Positions 45,503 through 55,145 of a stretch of 64,000 nt of DNA are shown here, in pieces. Below the pieces are notes generated by a model. It did not search any database. It saw nothing but the letters and a program-made list of their open reading frames with translations, and was not told where the DNA came from. Source of the DNA: an uncultured Bifidobacteriaceae bacterium (GTDB taxonomy: Bacteria > Actinomycetota > Thermoleophilia > Miltoncostaeales > Miltoncostaeaceae); contig CAYOSM010000001.1 in NCBI GenBank assembly GCA_964406645.1, forward strand, positions 5,564-69,563, written 5' to 3'. The translations under genes were made by a program, and so were the position numbers. How positions within the stretch are numbered: the first letter of the stretch is position 1; each line of letters starts with the position of its first letter.

Positions 45503-48454
45503 CTACGAAGCCGCCTGGAACACCGAGCCCTGATGGCGCCACCAGTCTGCGAGCCATGGAAGCGCACCTGGCCGTTGCATCAGCACGAACCGGCGATCCG
45601 GTTCGAGGCGCCACGCCACGAATGCGATCCCCTGGCTACTCCAGCACGCGACGTCCCCAAGGATCACAGACGGATTGTCATCTCGATACCACGCCCCCAG
45701 GTGCGATCCCTTTTCGCAGGTTGTGCCACCCCAGCTACGGCGATCAGCACCCGTCACCTCACGGAACTCGGCATCCGCGAGCCTCTGCGTCCGAAACTCG
45801 GACATCACAGCGGATGTGGCCCCGTGCACGCACCGGACGCGGAGCTTCATCCAAGCGGTTGACCGCGGCGATGGCTTCGGAGCGGGCTGGCACTTCCACT
45901 CCGACCCGGTGATCCCCTGAGCAACCTCTCGTGACTGCTGGGCAAAGTCACGATGCTCGGCGGCCTTCGCCCGTGAGGCGACGATCCACCCGAAGCCGAC
46001 AGCCACCAACAGCGCCACAGCGACCGTCGCCGACATCGCATCGGAGCGCATTCTCGCCCCCGTTCGCTCCTGAGCCCGAACATCCAGCGGAAGAACCCTT
46101 CGTGCGGTGAGGCAGAGGAGGTGAGCGATGGCCGCGGCACACAGTGCCCATCCGGCGGTGGTCCCCGCCACATTTCGAATACCCCCGGCGACGATGGCGG
46201 GAGCGGCGAACGCGGCGATCGCCGCCAACGCCACGGTTCGGCGGTGCCACGGCGGAACTGGACGGGCAAACCCACGCCAGAGCCCATTCACGGAGGTAGC
46301 AATGCTGAAGATGATCTCCGATACCAGGCCAATAGCGACTGCAGCTACAAGATACGGCCAGAGGCGCAAGGCCGCGAGACCGAAAACCGATGCCGGATCA
46401 GTTGACGTCCAAAGAGGTCCGGCAACCGTCGTGATGTACGCGGCGAGTCCGCCCAGAAACCCCCAGGCGAGTATCCCTCGTAAGCTCGCGCCGAGTGCCC
46501 CTCCAAGAGCCGCCCTCGCGCGTTGACGCTCTTCACGACGCGCCCGTTCCGCCTGCTGACGTCGCTGATCCGCCTCCTGCTGGGCATCTCGGTGAAGAAG
46601 TCGGATGACGATGTCACGCGCCGGGCTTGGTGCGCTGCCCGAGGGCCGGGCAGCCGTCTGGAACCACGCGACGTCGCGCACCGCCCCATCACTTCGGGCG
46701 ATCTCCCCGTCCGCGGCGACGCGCTGACGGGCCTCGTCATCGAGCAGAAGATGAAGAATCTGCGCGCACATGGTGTTGCGTTGGGCAGCATCGAGATCAC
46801 GTGCGCCCTCAAGTCGCGTCGCGTGGCTTTGCAACTGTGCCTGTATCCAGTCCCAGTTACGCGCCCACTGCGCCTCGAGGGCGGCCCAGCCCTCGCGAGC
46901 CGCCGAACCATCGTCGTACAGGGTGAGCGCACCATGTTCGAGAATGCCCGCCGTGATCTCGGCCGCCCGGGCATCGCCGGACGCTCCGTTCGCCGCGAGT
47001 CGTCGAAGCCCACCCTCGGCGAGATCGACCCCGTCGAAGACCGGCTCCGTCTCGGGATCCATCGCGATGCGCAGACGGAGGAGCCGGTCGGTCGGTGTGC
47101 CCTCACCGGCCTGCAGAACCTCCAGCGCCCCGGGAAGACCGGCCGTTCTGAGGAAGTCGGCCAGTTGCCGATGCTGGCGACGATGCGCGGCGTCGTTGGC
47201 GACGACTCCGAGCGCCTCATCCCAGTGGTGTCCCATGACACCGGCGAGTCGCACCGGATCACGGTACTGAAGGATCTCGTCGCCGTCTGGCGCCGCAAAG
47301 CTGACGGGCATGATCGTGGTGGACGCCTCGGTCGGTGCTGTCCGACGAATACGGGGGGCGCCGCCCTCCATCCACTCGGTGACCTCATGGAGGCCCCATC
47401 GGTGCTCCGAACTACGGGTCGTCAGACCTCCACACAGGTCGCGCCAACGCCCCTCCTCGACCTCGTCGACCGGCACGTCGTTGGTCGCGAGGAACGCACC
47501 GATCACCTGCTCCTCGCGTGCCGTGCCATCGCTGGCCGACGGTGCGAGCGGATGCCGACCGGTCAACATCTCGATGATCATGATGCCCAGAGACCACCAG
47601 TCGAGCGCAGGACTGACCGCCCCGAATGCGGCCTCAGGCGCCGCGTAGAGGACCGTGCGCGACGCAGTCGCCGCGAAGACCTTGCTCTCAGCTCCCATTG
47701 ACCGAGAAAGACCGAAATCGGTAAGCACCAGATCGAACGTCGGTCGGAGAGAGCGAACCAAGACGTTCGCCGGTTTGAGGTCACGATGCGTGATGCGAAG
47801 TGAGTCGTCGTGGAGGTGAGCGAGGGCGGGGACGATCTCGTCCAGAATCGCGCGGACCCGCTCCTGGCTCAGCTTGGGCCCCTCGTGATCGATGAGGTCC
47901 CTCAGCGACCCATGCGCACAGAACTCGAGCACCTCGTACCAGCGGCCGTCCGACATGCCGCGGTCGATGACGTCGACGACGTGGGCACGATTCGCGGCGT
48001 CGAGCGTGTCGAGGACACCCTGCGGTGGAGGGGTGCGCTGGAAGCGATACACCTTGACGGCCACCTGGCGACCACTCGTACGGTGCTCTGCGACCAGCAC
48101 ATCGGCCTCCGCCCCCTGCGTGGGGATCTCTCTCAGGATCCGATAGTCGGCCCGCAACGCGGAGGGGAGGTTGACGATCGTGTGGAAGGCATCACCATCC
48201 ACTCCGTCACTCCCGACACCGCCGGTGGACGCATCAAGAGCGGTCGAATCAGGTGAGCGATCATCGGCGTGATCCAACCGCGTGCCGTCCGACGACGCGG
48301 CTGTCGTCCCCGGATCCAGCGTCGTCGAATCGGAGCCATCGGCCGAGCTCGTCGATCCGGCGGAGGGATCGAGAGTGGTCGAATCACCACCCGCGTCTCC
48401 ACCGTCGCCATCCAACCGGGTCAGATCCGGGTCACGCCGATCGTCGTCACTCAC
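45503..48454 (-). CDS. Membrane-anchored Ser/Thr protein kinase (Hanks type) with long helical middle, ~5 TM segments and Cys-containing C-terminal domain
   Basis: VAVKVY, HRDLKPANVLV, TDFGLS, YAAPE and WSLG motifs. N-terminal D/S/T-rich repeats (DSTTLDP x2, DSTALDA). TM-rich region ~670-830. Confidence 0.88.
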   Translation of the reverse strand: MSDDDRRDPDLTRLDGDGGDAGGDSTTLDPSAGSTSSADGSDSTTLDPGTTAASSDGTRLDHADDRSPDSTALDASTGGVGSDGVDGDAFHTIVNLPSALRADYRILREIPTQGAEADVLVAEHRTSGRQVAVKVYRFQRTPPPQGVLDTLDAANRAHVVDVIDRGMSDGRWYEVLEFCAHGSLRDLIDHEGPKLSQERVRAILDEIVPALAHLHDDSLRITHRDLKPANVLVRSLRPTFDLVLTDFGLSRSMGAESKVFAATASRTVLYAAPEAAFGAVSPALDWWSLGIMIIEMLTGRHPLAPSASDGTAREEQVIGAFLATNDVPVDEVEEGRWRDLCGGLTTRSSEHRWGLHEVTEWMEGGAPRIRRTAPTEASTTIMPVSFAAPDGDEILQYRDPVRLAGVMGHHWDEALGVVANDAAHRRQHRQLADFLRTAGLPGALEVLQAGEGTPTDRLLRLRIAMDPETEPVFDGVDLAEGGLRRLAANGASGDARAAEITAGILEHGALTLYDDGSAAREGWAALEAQWARNWDWIQAQLQSHATRLEGARDLDAAQRNTMCAQILHLLLDDEARQRVAADGEIARSDGAVRDVAWFQTAARPSGSAPSPARDIVIRLLHRDAQQEADQRRQQAERARREERQRARAALGGALGASLRGILAWGFLGGLAAYITTVAGPLWTSTDPASVFGLAALRLWPYLVAAVAIGLVSEIIFSIATSVNGLWRGFARPVPPWHRRTVALAAIAAFAAPAIVAGGIRNVAGTTAGWALCAAAIAHLLCLTARRVLPLDVRAQERTGARMRSDAMSATVAVALLVAVGFGWIVASRAKAAEHRDFAQQSREVAQGITGSEWKCQPAPKPSPRSTAWMKLRVRCVHGATSAVMSEFRTQRLADAEFREVTGADRRSWGGTTCEKGSHLGAWYRDDNPSVILGDVACWSSQGIAFVAWRLEPDRRFVLMQRPGALPWLADWWRHQGSVFQAAS

Positions 48455-49220
48455 CAGCCGCTCCTTCGAGATGAACCATCACCACTGTCACGTTGTCCGG
48501 AGCCCCCGCGCGCAGCGCTTCGTCGACGAGGATCCGGACGGCCTGCACATCCGCACCGGCGTCACGGACGATCTGCGCGATCTGAGCGCGGGACAGCGCC
48601 GCCTCGAGCCCGTCGCTGCAGACGAGAAGGCGGAGACCAGGCTCGGTCGGGCACCGGCCGACATGAGGCTGCGGCAGCACCGCGCGATCCGCGCCGCCGA
48701 CGACCTGGGTGACGACCGACGATCGCGCCTCCGGGTCGACTCCGGGTGGGCGCGGCGGATGATCGTCGATGCTGAGCTGAAACAGTTCGTCGGAACCGAG
48801 ATCGAAGACCGCCGAATCACCCACGTTCGCGTAGAGGGTGTCCTGAGGTGTGACGACCAGTGCCGCGATCGTGGTGGCCATCCCCGACGACTCCGGTTCG
48901 ATCGTCATCTGATCATGCAGGGCGTGGTGGGCGGAGACGATCGACTCGGCCAGCGCCGCGGTCGTCGAAGTAACGGCTCCGGATGCCATCGACGCCAGCG
49001 CATCTGCACTGGCGCGTTCGCCGAACGGGTGACCACCGGCGCCGTCGGCCACGGCGATGAATACAGGGTGACCCAACAGCAGTCGCCGTCTCAGGAGCAC
49101 GCCGTCGGGCACGAGCCATCCGGCGACGAGGGCTCGGTCCTGATTGCGAACGCGCCGCGCACCCCGGTGACTGAATGCGGTGATCTCAACGGTGGGCACG
49201 CGCCTACCGAGGTTCCTCAT
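48447..49220 (-). CDS. PP2C-family Ser/Thr phosphatase
   Basis: SHRGARRVRNQDR, AVADGAGGHPFGE, GMATTIAAL, NVGDSAV, CSDGL and DNVTVVMV motifs. Confidence 0.88.
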   Translation of the reverse strand: MRNLGRRVPTVEITAFSHRGARRVRNQDRALVAGWLVPDGVLLRRRLLLGHPVFIAVADGAGGHPFGERASADALASMASGAVTSTTAALAESIVSAHHALHDQMTIEPESSGMATTIAALVVTPQDTLYANVGDSAVFDLGSDELFQLSIDDHPPRPPGVDPEARSSVVTQVVGGADRAVLPQPHVGRCPTEPGLRLLVCSDGLEAALSRAQIAQIVRDAGADVQAVRILVDEALRAGAPDNVTVVMVHLEGAAGE

Positions 49221-49806
49221 CCGCCACTCCCACGGTGATCAGCTGGGCGGTCAGTGTGACCGTGCGTCCGAGACCGATGCGGTCACCGTTTCGGACCGCG
49301 GCGACGTCTGTGACGCGGATGTCGTTGACATAGGTGCCGTTCGTGGATCCCAGATCCCGAACGACCACCCGGCCACCCTCGATCGCAAGGGATGCGTGGC
49401 GTCGCGACACGCGATCGAGTGAGGCGAGTGCGGGTGTGTCGGAGGAATGCCTCCCCAGCACCCATGGACCGATTCCCGCCAGAACGAGGGTGACCAGCGG
49501 GCTGACCAGCCGTATCGTCTCGATGACTCCGACGACGGCGCTGTCCGATCCCTGGCGTCCCCCGCAGTACGGACAGGGCGCGCCTACCGGGATGTCGCTC
49601 ACCCCGCATCCTGGTGCCGTGCACGCCCAGCCGGACACGGCCGGGACGGGTGCCCCACGCGAAGAAGTTTCCGTGGTGTCCGGCGTCGCAACCGGCGCCG
49701 GAGTGGCAATCGGTGGCGCGGCCAGCAGATCCTTCCCGCAGGACGGACACCACACCTCCGATGACAGAGTGACCTCCGTCGCGCAGTAGGGACAGCGCGC
49801 GCTCAT
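49204..49806 (-). CDS. Zinc-ribbon + FHA domain protein
   Basis: N-terminal CPYCATE...CPSCG plus a second Cys cluster CTAPGCG...CPYCGG. FHA core VLGRHS...VSRRHASLAIEGGRVVVRDLGSTNGTYVN. Confidence 0.85.
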   Translation of the reverse strand: MSARCPYCATEVTLSSEVWCPSCGKDLLAAPPIATPAPVATPDTTETSSRGAPVPAVSGWACTAPGCGVSDIPVGAPCPYCGGRQGSDSAVVGVIETIRLVSPLVTLVLAGIGPWVLGRHSSDTPALASLDRVSRRHASLAIEGGRVVVRDLGSTNGTYVNDIRVTDVAAVRNGDRIGLGRTVTLTAQLITVGVADEEPR

Positions 49807-51656
49807 CCGAGGTCCACCTCGAAGGTCCGGCCAGTCGGTCGGATCGCACGCACGGCGATGGTACCGTCCCCATAGGACTCCCGCGCGAAAAGCGCCCGTG
49901 CAAGCGGGTTGACGAGGGCGTTCTCGACCACCGACGCCACGCCGCGGCCACCGTTCTCCAAGTTCGACAGCACGTACTGCTCAAGAGACGCACGCGCTGC
50001 AGGATCGATTGTCAGATTGGCGCCCAGCTCCCGCTCCACGCGCGAAACCACGTTCCGCAGCTGAAGATCAAGGATCTGACGTCCAACCTCGTCGGAGATG
50101 AAATCGAAAACCACGATGTTGTCACCGATCCGGTTGAGGAGCTCGGGACGGCCCAGCACACGTGTGAAGTGATCCTTGATCGCCGAGAGGATACTTTCCT
50201 CCACATGCTCGGAGCTGTCACCCCGCGTCACGTTCGGCGTCCGTGTCCCGTCGCCGGATTCGACCCATATCCCCAGGTTCGACGTGAACACGATCACCGC
50301 TTCGGAGAAGAACACCGTCGCCCCACGCCCGTCGGTGAGCCGACCGTCCTCCAGGATCTGGAGGAACTTGTCCAGGATGCGGCCGTCGGCCTTCTCGATC
50401 TCATCGAACAGCACGAGGCTGAACGGTCTCTGACGAATCGCGTTGGTCAGCTCACCGCCGGCGTCATGCCCCACATAGCCGGGCGGGGCGCCGATGAGTC
50501 GTGCCGCGGTGTGCTCCTGCGAGAACTCGCTCATGTCGAAACGGATGTACGCCCGCTCGTCCCCGAAGATCATCCGTGTGAGCTGCTTCGCGAGCTCCGT
50601 CTTGCCCACACCCGTGGGTCCTGCGAAGAACAGCACACCGCGGGGTCGTGTGCCGTACGGGGACCCTTGGGCACCGGTGAGGCCTGTGGCCGACCGGACC
50701 ATGATGTCGAGTGACTTGCGGACTGCGTCTCGCTGGCCGAGCACCTGTCGGGTGAGAGTTTCCTCACCGTTGCGGAGTCTGGCCCGTAGATGATCAGTTC
50801 GCCAGGGATTGTCGAGAATCCCCACCCGATACGCGCGAGCCGCGTCGTCGATGCGATCCAGGCCGAGGTCGGCGTCGTCGGCGAGTAGAACGATCGAGAA
50901 CAGCGACGAGAGTGTCATGCCTTCCGTCTGTTGGGTGAACCTCGCCACCGCCTGACCGCGGTCACTCTCGTCGGCTTCGTTCCATCCACTGACCCGCCGC
51001 AGAAGCATCGCGACGAGCCGCTCCCGTTCGCCGTAGTCCGGGAGGGGAAGCGCGATCGAACGGACACGATCCGTGTGATCGAGCAGCCATGTGGGAATCT
51101 GACGATCGCGGTCGACCGTCCAGAACACCGGGTTGAAGAGACCCACGGATCGCCCGTCACCCGCCGGCGCCGCCGTCGCCGAGAGAGCCATCCGTTCGGC
51201 CAGGCGGAAGAAGGTGAGCGCCACCTCGTCGTAGTGCCCGTCCAGATCGGCAAGGCGACTGGTCCGTTCGACCACCACTGCGGCCCGACGCGTGGTGTTG
51301 ACGATCCGTACGAGATCCTCTCCGAAGGCCGCCAGCGTCTGCGGCATGGGCTGTGAGAGGTCACGCCCGAGGATCTCGCGCACCACACCGGGCGCCACGT
51401 CGCACTGGTCATGAACACGGAGTCCGGTGGTCGGATCGAAACAGAAGAGAACCTCGAAGCCCTGATCCACCAGGCCCATCCAAAGAGCGCACGGGAGATC
51501 GCGAACCGGCACGAACTGGTCCTCGCCGGACGGCAGCAGGTACCGGTCGAACACGTTGCCCTCGAGGACGAACTGCGACGCGATACCGAGGGATCCCATG
51601 ACCTCCCGATACCACGCTGGTGCATCGTCCGGAACCCGTGCGCGGACCGCGGTCAT
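49803..51656 (-). CDS. AAA+ ATPase, ClpA/ClpB D2-like module with ~300-aa unknown N-terminal domain
   Basis: Start MTAVRARV at 51656 (ATGA overlap). VLFFAGPTGVGKTELAK, GAPPGYVGH, SLVLFDEIEKA, LQILEDGRLTD, FTSNLG, and the D2-small-like PELLNRIGDNIVVF. Confidence 0.85.
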   Translation of the reverse strand: MTAVRARVPDDAPAWYREVMGSLGIASQFVLEGNVFDRYLLPSGEDQFVPVRDLPCALWMGLVDQGFEVLFCFDPTTGLRVHDQCDVAPGVVREILGRDLSQPMPQTLAAFGEDLVRIVNTTRRAAVVVERTSRLADLDGHYDEVALTFFRLAERMALSATAAPAGDGRSVGLFNPVFWTVDRDRQIPTWLLDHTDRVRSIALPLPDYGERERLVAMLLRRVSGWNEADESDRGQAVARFTQQTEGMTLSSLFSIVLLADDADLGLDRIDDAARAYRVGILDNPWRTDHLRARLRNGEETLTRQVLGQRDAVRKSLDIMVRSATGLTGAQGSPYGTRPRGVLFFAGPTGVGKTELAKQLTRMIFGDERAYIRFDMSEFSQEHTAARLIGAPPGYVGHDAGGELTNAIRQRPFSLVLFDEIEKADGRILDKFLQILEDGRLTDGRGATVFFSEAVIVFTSNLGIWVESGDGTRTPNVTRGDSSEHVEESILSAIKDHFTRVLGRPELLNRIGDNIVVFDFISDEVGRQILDLQLRNVVSRVERELGANLTIDPAARASLEQYVLSNLENGGRGVASVVENALVNPLARALFARESYGDGTIAVRAIRPTGRTFEVDLG

Positions 51657-52873
51657 CGCTCCTCCAGCGTTCGTGTCCGCTGTGCACGCTCGCGCCGACG
51701 TCGACCAGCGGTGGGCAGATTGTCGATGACCTGCACAGGGTGAACGCCGGCCTCGACGGAATGCGTGACTGCCGCCGAGATCCCCGCCCGCCCGAGCCCC
51801 GCCAGAATCGCGGGCATCGACTCGCACCACGCACCCTCGACCTCGCGATCCCGGAGTTCCTGCGATTCGTCCGCGACACCGCGAACCACGTTGAATCGGA
51901 CTGAACCATCACGCGCCTGGAAACGAACACGGACGGCATATCCCGACCACGCGGGACGCACGACATCCGCGAAGCCGTCCTCGGCCAGCATGGTGTCGAA
52001 CTCGGGACCGCACTCATAGCCGAGATCGGCCAGCACACCCTCCAGCGCATCGATCGTATGATCGCGCGCCGCCAGACGACAGCCCTCACGCTCGGCGTCT
52101 TCCAGAGCGGCGACCTGGGCCGGCGGCAGCGGCGTTTCCGGCGCCCATGCCGCGAGCACCGCCCGTGCGGCCTGACATGCGCTGCCCGGAAGACCGGCCA
52201 AGCGCTCCTCCCAGGCCGCGTGCTGCACCGCTGCCGCCCGCCTGCCCGCAGCCGCGTCGTTGGCCGACCGGACCCGCGACCGGATGAGGTCGACGAGAAG
52301 CGCCGCCGTGTCTCTTTCAACGGCAAGCACACGCTCCGCATCGGCGTGGATCGCGTCCACCACCTCGCCGTCCACATCCGCGTCCAATCGATCGATGATG
52401 CGTTTGACCGTTTCGGTCAGCTCCGTCCGGTGATCGTCCTCGACCGATTCTCGGACGGCCAGTCGCTCCTCCATGCGCTCAAGCGAGCGGTCCCGGAGAT
52501 CCTCGCGCCCCTCCACCGGTACCAGCGCGAGAACCGACGCGGCGAAAGCGGCGCCACGACAGCGGCGGGTGGCCGCAGCGAGATCCTCCTCGCATGCGCG
52601 GAGGTCGCCCTCGGCGCGCTGCAGCTCATCCTCGAACTCGCCGGAGTCCTTCCTGGTCGAAAGCGCACCCGGTCGACGGATATCGCCGAGTTCGCGGCCG
52701 AAGCGCGCACGGGCATCACTTAGCGCACCAGCGAAGGCCTGCATCCGGGCCTCTACGTTCGCGCGGCGGGCCACAAGCTCTGCGCGCCGCCGCTGAGCCG
52801 CCAGGACAGCGGGATCGACCGTGTAGCTCACCGACTTGGGACCGGACACGGACTCCTCCTTCAGAGTGCCCAC
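51653..52873 (-). CDS. Hypothetical coiled-coil protein
   Basis: 406 aa; Ala/Arg/Glu-rich helical N-terminal two thirds, mixed C-terminal ~130 aa; coupled at both ends. Confidence 0.6.
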   Translation of the reverse strand: MGTLKEESVSGPKSVSYTVDPAVLAAQRRRAELVARRANVEARMQAFAGALSDARARFGRELGDIRRPGALSTRKDSGEFEDELQRAEGDLRACEEDLAAATRRCRGAAFAASVLALVPVEGREDLRDRSLERMEERLAVRESVEDDHRTELTETVKRIIDRLDADVDGEVVDAIHADAERVLAVERDTAALLVDLIRSRVRSANDAAAGRRAAAVQHAAWEERLAGLPGSACQAARAVLAAWAPETPLPPAQVAALEDAEREGCRLAARDHTIDALEGVLADLGYECGPEFDTMLAEDGFADVVRPAWSGYAVRVRFQARDGSVRFNVVRGVADESQELRDREVEGAWCESMPAILAGLGRAGISAAVTHSVEAGVHPVQVIDNLPTAGRRRRERAQRTRTLEER

Positions 52874-53538
52874 GAGGGTTGTTCGAATGTCACGCCTGCC
52901 TGCCTGAGCCCTTGCTCCATCCGCTCCAGGTCACCGGGTCGAGGAATCCCGATCATCCAGAACGATTCGTCCACCGCAACCTGGAGATGAGGACGGTCGA
53001 CTTCGCGATCGATGAACGGCTCATATCGCACACGCCCCAGATCCGTGAGCGGTGTGATGACCTGATTGTCCGATCCGCACCAGATACGCCGAGTCGGGCG
53101 ACCAGCGACATACGGACCACAGACGACGGCGTCGATCATGCCAATGACACGCGCATACCGACGACGCAGACCGCTCAGTGAATGTGAGGTGAACACCAGT
53201 ACATCAAGGTCGGATCGTCCCCGACGTGACCGAAGCTCCTCGATTCCGGACAGCAACTCGTGAAGTGCATCGGGCTGCTCGAACGGTTCTCCTCCGCTGA
53301 TCGTGATCCCGGTCAGCGGGGAGACCCACATCAGTTCGTCGATCCAGCCGATGACCGTCGTAACCTCGACCATGCGGTGTTCCGCGTGACTCCATGTGTC
53401 GCGGCTGGCGCATCCGGCACAGCCGACGGTGCATCCCTGGAACCAGACGCCGGCCCGCGTGCCCGGCCCCAGAGCGGTCACCGGATGGTGCAAACGACTC
53501 AGATTGATCCGGTGCGCGCGCTCGCCTGGCACCATCAC
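52861..53538 (-). CDS. NrdG/QueE-like radical-SAM activase-type protein (4Fe-4S single-cluster domain)
   Basis: GVWFQGCTVGCAGCASRDTW (CxxxCxxC followed by W, as in anaerobic RNR activases) and ITISGGEPFEQP. No glycyl-radical enzyme or queuosine genes nearby. Confidence 0.75.
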   Translation of the reverse strand: MMVPGERAHRINLSRLHHPVTALGPGTRAGVWFQGCTVGCAGCASRDTWSHAEHRMVEVTTVIGWIDELMWVSPLTGITISGGEPFEQPDALHELLSGIEELRSRRGRSDLDVLVFTSHSLSGLRRRYARVIGMIDAVVCGPYVAGRPTRRIWCGSDNQVITPLTDLGRVRYEPFIDREVDRPHLQVAVDESFWMIGIPRPGDLERMEQGLRQAGVTFEQPSWAL

Positions 53539-53972
53539 GCCGCCCGGACAGCCACACCCGCGTCACGCTTGCGGATCGCCTTCTCAATGGCCCCGACGGC
53601 TCCTTTGGCCTTCGTGATCGCACCAACCTGTTTGATTCCCCCGCGGGACGTCCACTCGGCGTCGGTGATCGCGCACCGGAGCATCGTCTTGCCGTCGGCG
53701 ATCGAGTCCACATCCACCTGCAATCTCGCCATGCTGTCGCCTACACTCCGAAACTCTCGCGCCAACGACTGTCCTCGCTTCTGAACCACCCCTAGTCGCA
53801 CGGGGCCCTTGAGTGTCTTCTGTGCAAGGTCAAATGCTTCGCCCGCGCTCAGTGATGTCGTGATGATCGTTCCGCCCTCAGCCTCAGCGATGACCCGACG
53901 GCTCCAGGCCATGGCCCATGCATAAAGACCAATGAAACCGGCAATGACGACAACAACGATAAATCCGGCCAC
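53535..53972 (-). CDS. Small N-terminally anchored membrane protein
   Basis: 145 aa; MAGFIVVVVIAGFIGLYAWAMAW TM helix; otherwise unassigned. Confidence 0.55.
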   Translation of the reverse strand: MAGFIVVVVIAGFIGLYAWAMAWSRRVIAEAEGGTIITTSLSAGEAFDLAQKTLKGPVRLGVVQKRGQSLAREFRSVGDSMARLQVDVDSIADGKTMLRCAITDAEWTSRGGIKQVGAITKAKGAVGAIEKAIRKRDAGVAVRAA

Positions 53973-54021
53973 GAATCAGCCCCTTCTAGTTATGATGATC
54001 GCTCCAAGTATCCCATCGGGC

Positions 54022-54465
54022 TCAACGGCCAGCCGACGGAATTCCGGCCCATGTATCGTCATTGCCGTCGTTGACTGAAGTGCTTACTGCGTCCTCATGA
54101 TCGAACTCGAGGACGCCCAGGCAGTAAACGATCAGCGCCACGAGGTGTCCCGGACCCTCCCCGGCCAGCGCGGCCAGTTCCTGGCGATCACCGGATCCGA
54201 TCGACGCCATCACGGCATTGACGATGTCGAGATCCGGTACACGGTCCGATGCATGCGCCTGAACCTGGATCCAGCGGCGCTCGATCTCGTCTCGGTTGAT
54301 CTCGCGATGGCGGCGGAGGCGCGTCAACGCCGCCTCGACCACGGAATCGGCGTCGAACACCATCAAGCGGGCAATCGAGCGGAACGCGGTCTCACGGTCA
54401 CGTCGATACACGTCGAAGACGGCCGTGTCCAGCACCGGCGATAGATCCCGCGCGTCCGTGTTCAT
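54022..54465 (-). CDS. Hypothetical protein
   Basis: Start MNTDARDL at 54465 (ATGA overlap with the upstream stop). The track ORF extends further 5' through the neighbouring gene. Confidence 0.5.
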   Translation of the reverse strand: MNTDARDLSPVLDTAVFDVYRRDRETAFRSIARLMVFDADSVVEAALTRLRRHREINRDEIERRWIQVQAHASDRVPDLDIVNAVMASIGSGDRQELAALAGEGPGHLVALIVYCLGVLEFDHEDAVSTSVNDGNDDTWAGIPSAGR

Positions 54466-55139
54466 CGTCCCCTCTTCGCTCGATAGGCGACCTCGTTGAG
54501 CGCTTCGCCCACACTCCAGTGACTGAAGCGTGGCAGTCGGGCGAAGCGTCCGGCAACCGCATCGACCGCCTGGTCCAGCTTCCCCGATTCGAACGCCCAT
54601 CCGGTGACGTCCGCCACGCGCGATCCCGTCTCGAATCCCAGCATCTCGGAAGCCTGTCCCACAAGGTCGAGAGCCGGTCCCGGCCAGTCGCCGTGCTCCC
54701 GACGGATCTGGCTGGCGACCGTGACCGCTCCGACGGCCTCCCCGCACTCAGCGCCGGCCTGGCCCAGTATCTCCATGACCTCGTCCACCCTGCGGCGGAG
54801 GTCTGCGCACATGATCCGCACATCATTCGCCCGGTCGAGCGCCGTTTCCCGCTCCACCTCGGCGACACCGAGCCGCTCACGGACAGCCGCATCGGCGTCG
54901 GTCACCTCGCCCAGCGTCGACTCGACCGCAGCCCGGCGATCGTCGACCTCTTCGCTCATCGCCGTCACGAACAAAAGGCCACGATGCTGAACGGCCGCGC
55001 TCTCAAGCGCTGGTGCGATCCATCGGTTCCGTATCTCCGCCGTGGCGGTATCGCGCCAGGCGGCCGGCAGATCCTTCATCGACCCCCTGAGGGCCATGGA
55101 CCGTTGACGAAGATGGACGAGGGGCGAATCGTCGGACAT
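54462..55139 (-). CDS. Hypothetical helical protein
   Basis: 225 aa; no motif recognised; coupled to neighbours. Confidence 0.55.
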   Translation of the reverse strand: MSDDSPLVHLRQRSMALRGSMKDLPAAWRDTATAEIRNRWIAPALESAAVQHRGLLFVTAMSEEVDDRRAAVESTLGEVTDADAAVRERLGVAEVERETALDRANDVRIMCADLRRRVDEVMEILGQAGAECGEAVGAVTVASQIRREHGDWPGPALDLVGQASEMLGFETGSRVADVTGWAFESGKLDQAVDAVAGRFARLPRFSHWSVGEALNEVAYRAKRGR

Positions 55140-55145
55140 CGCAGT

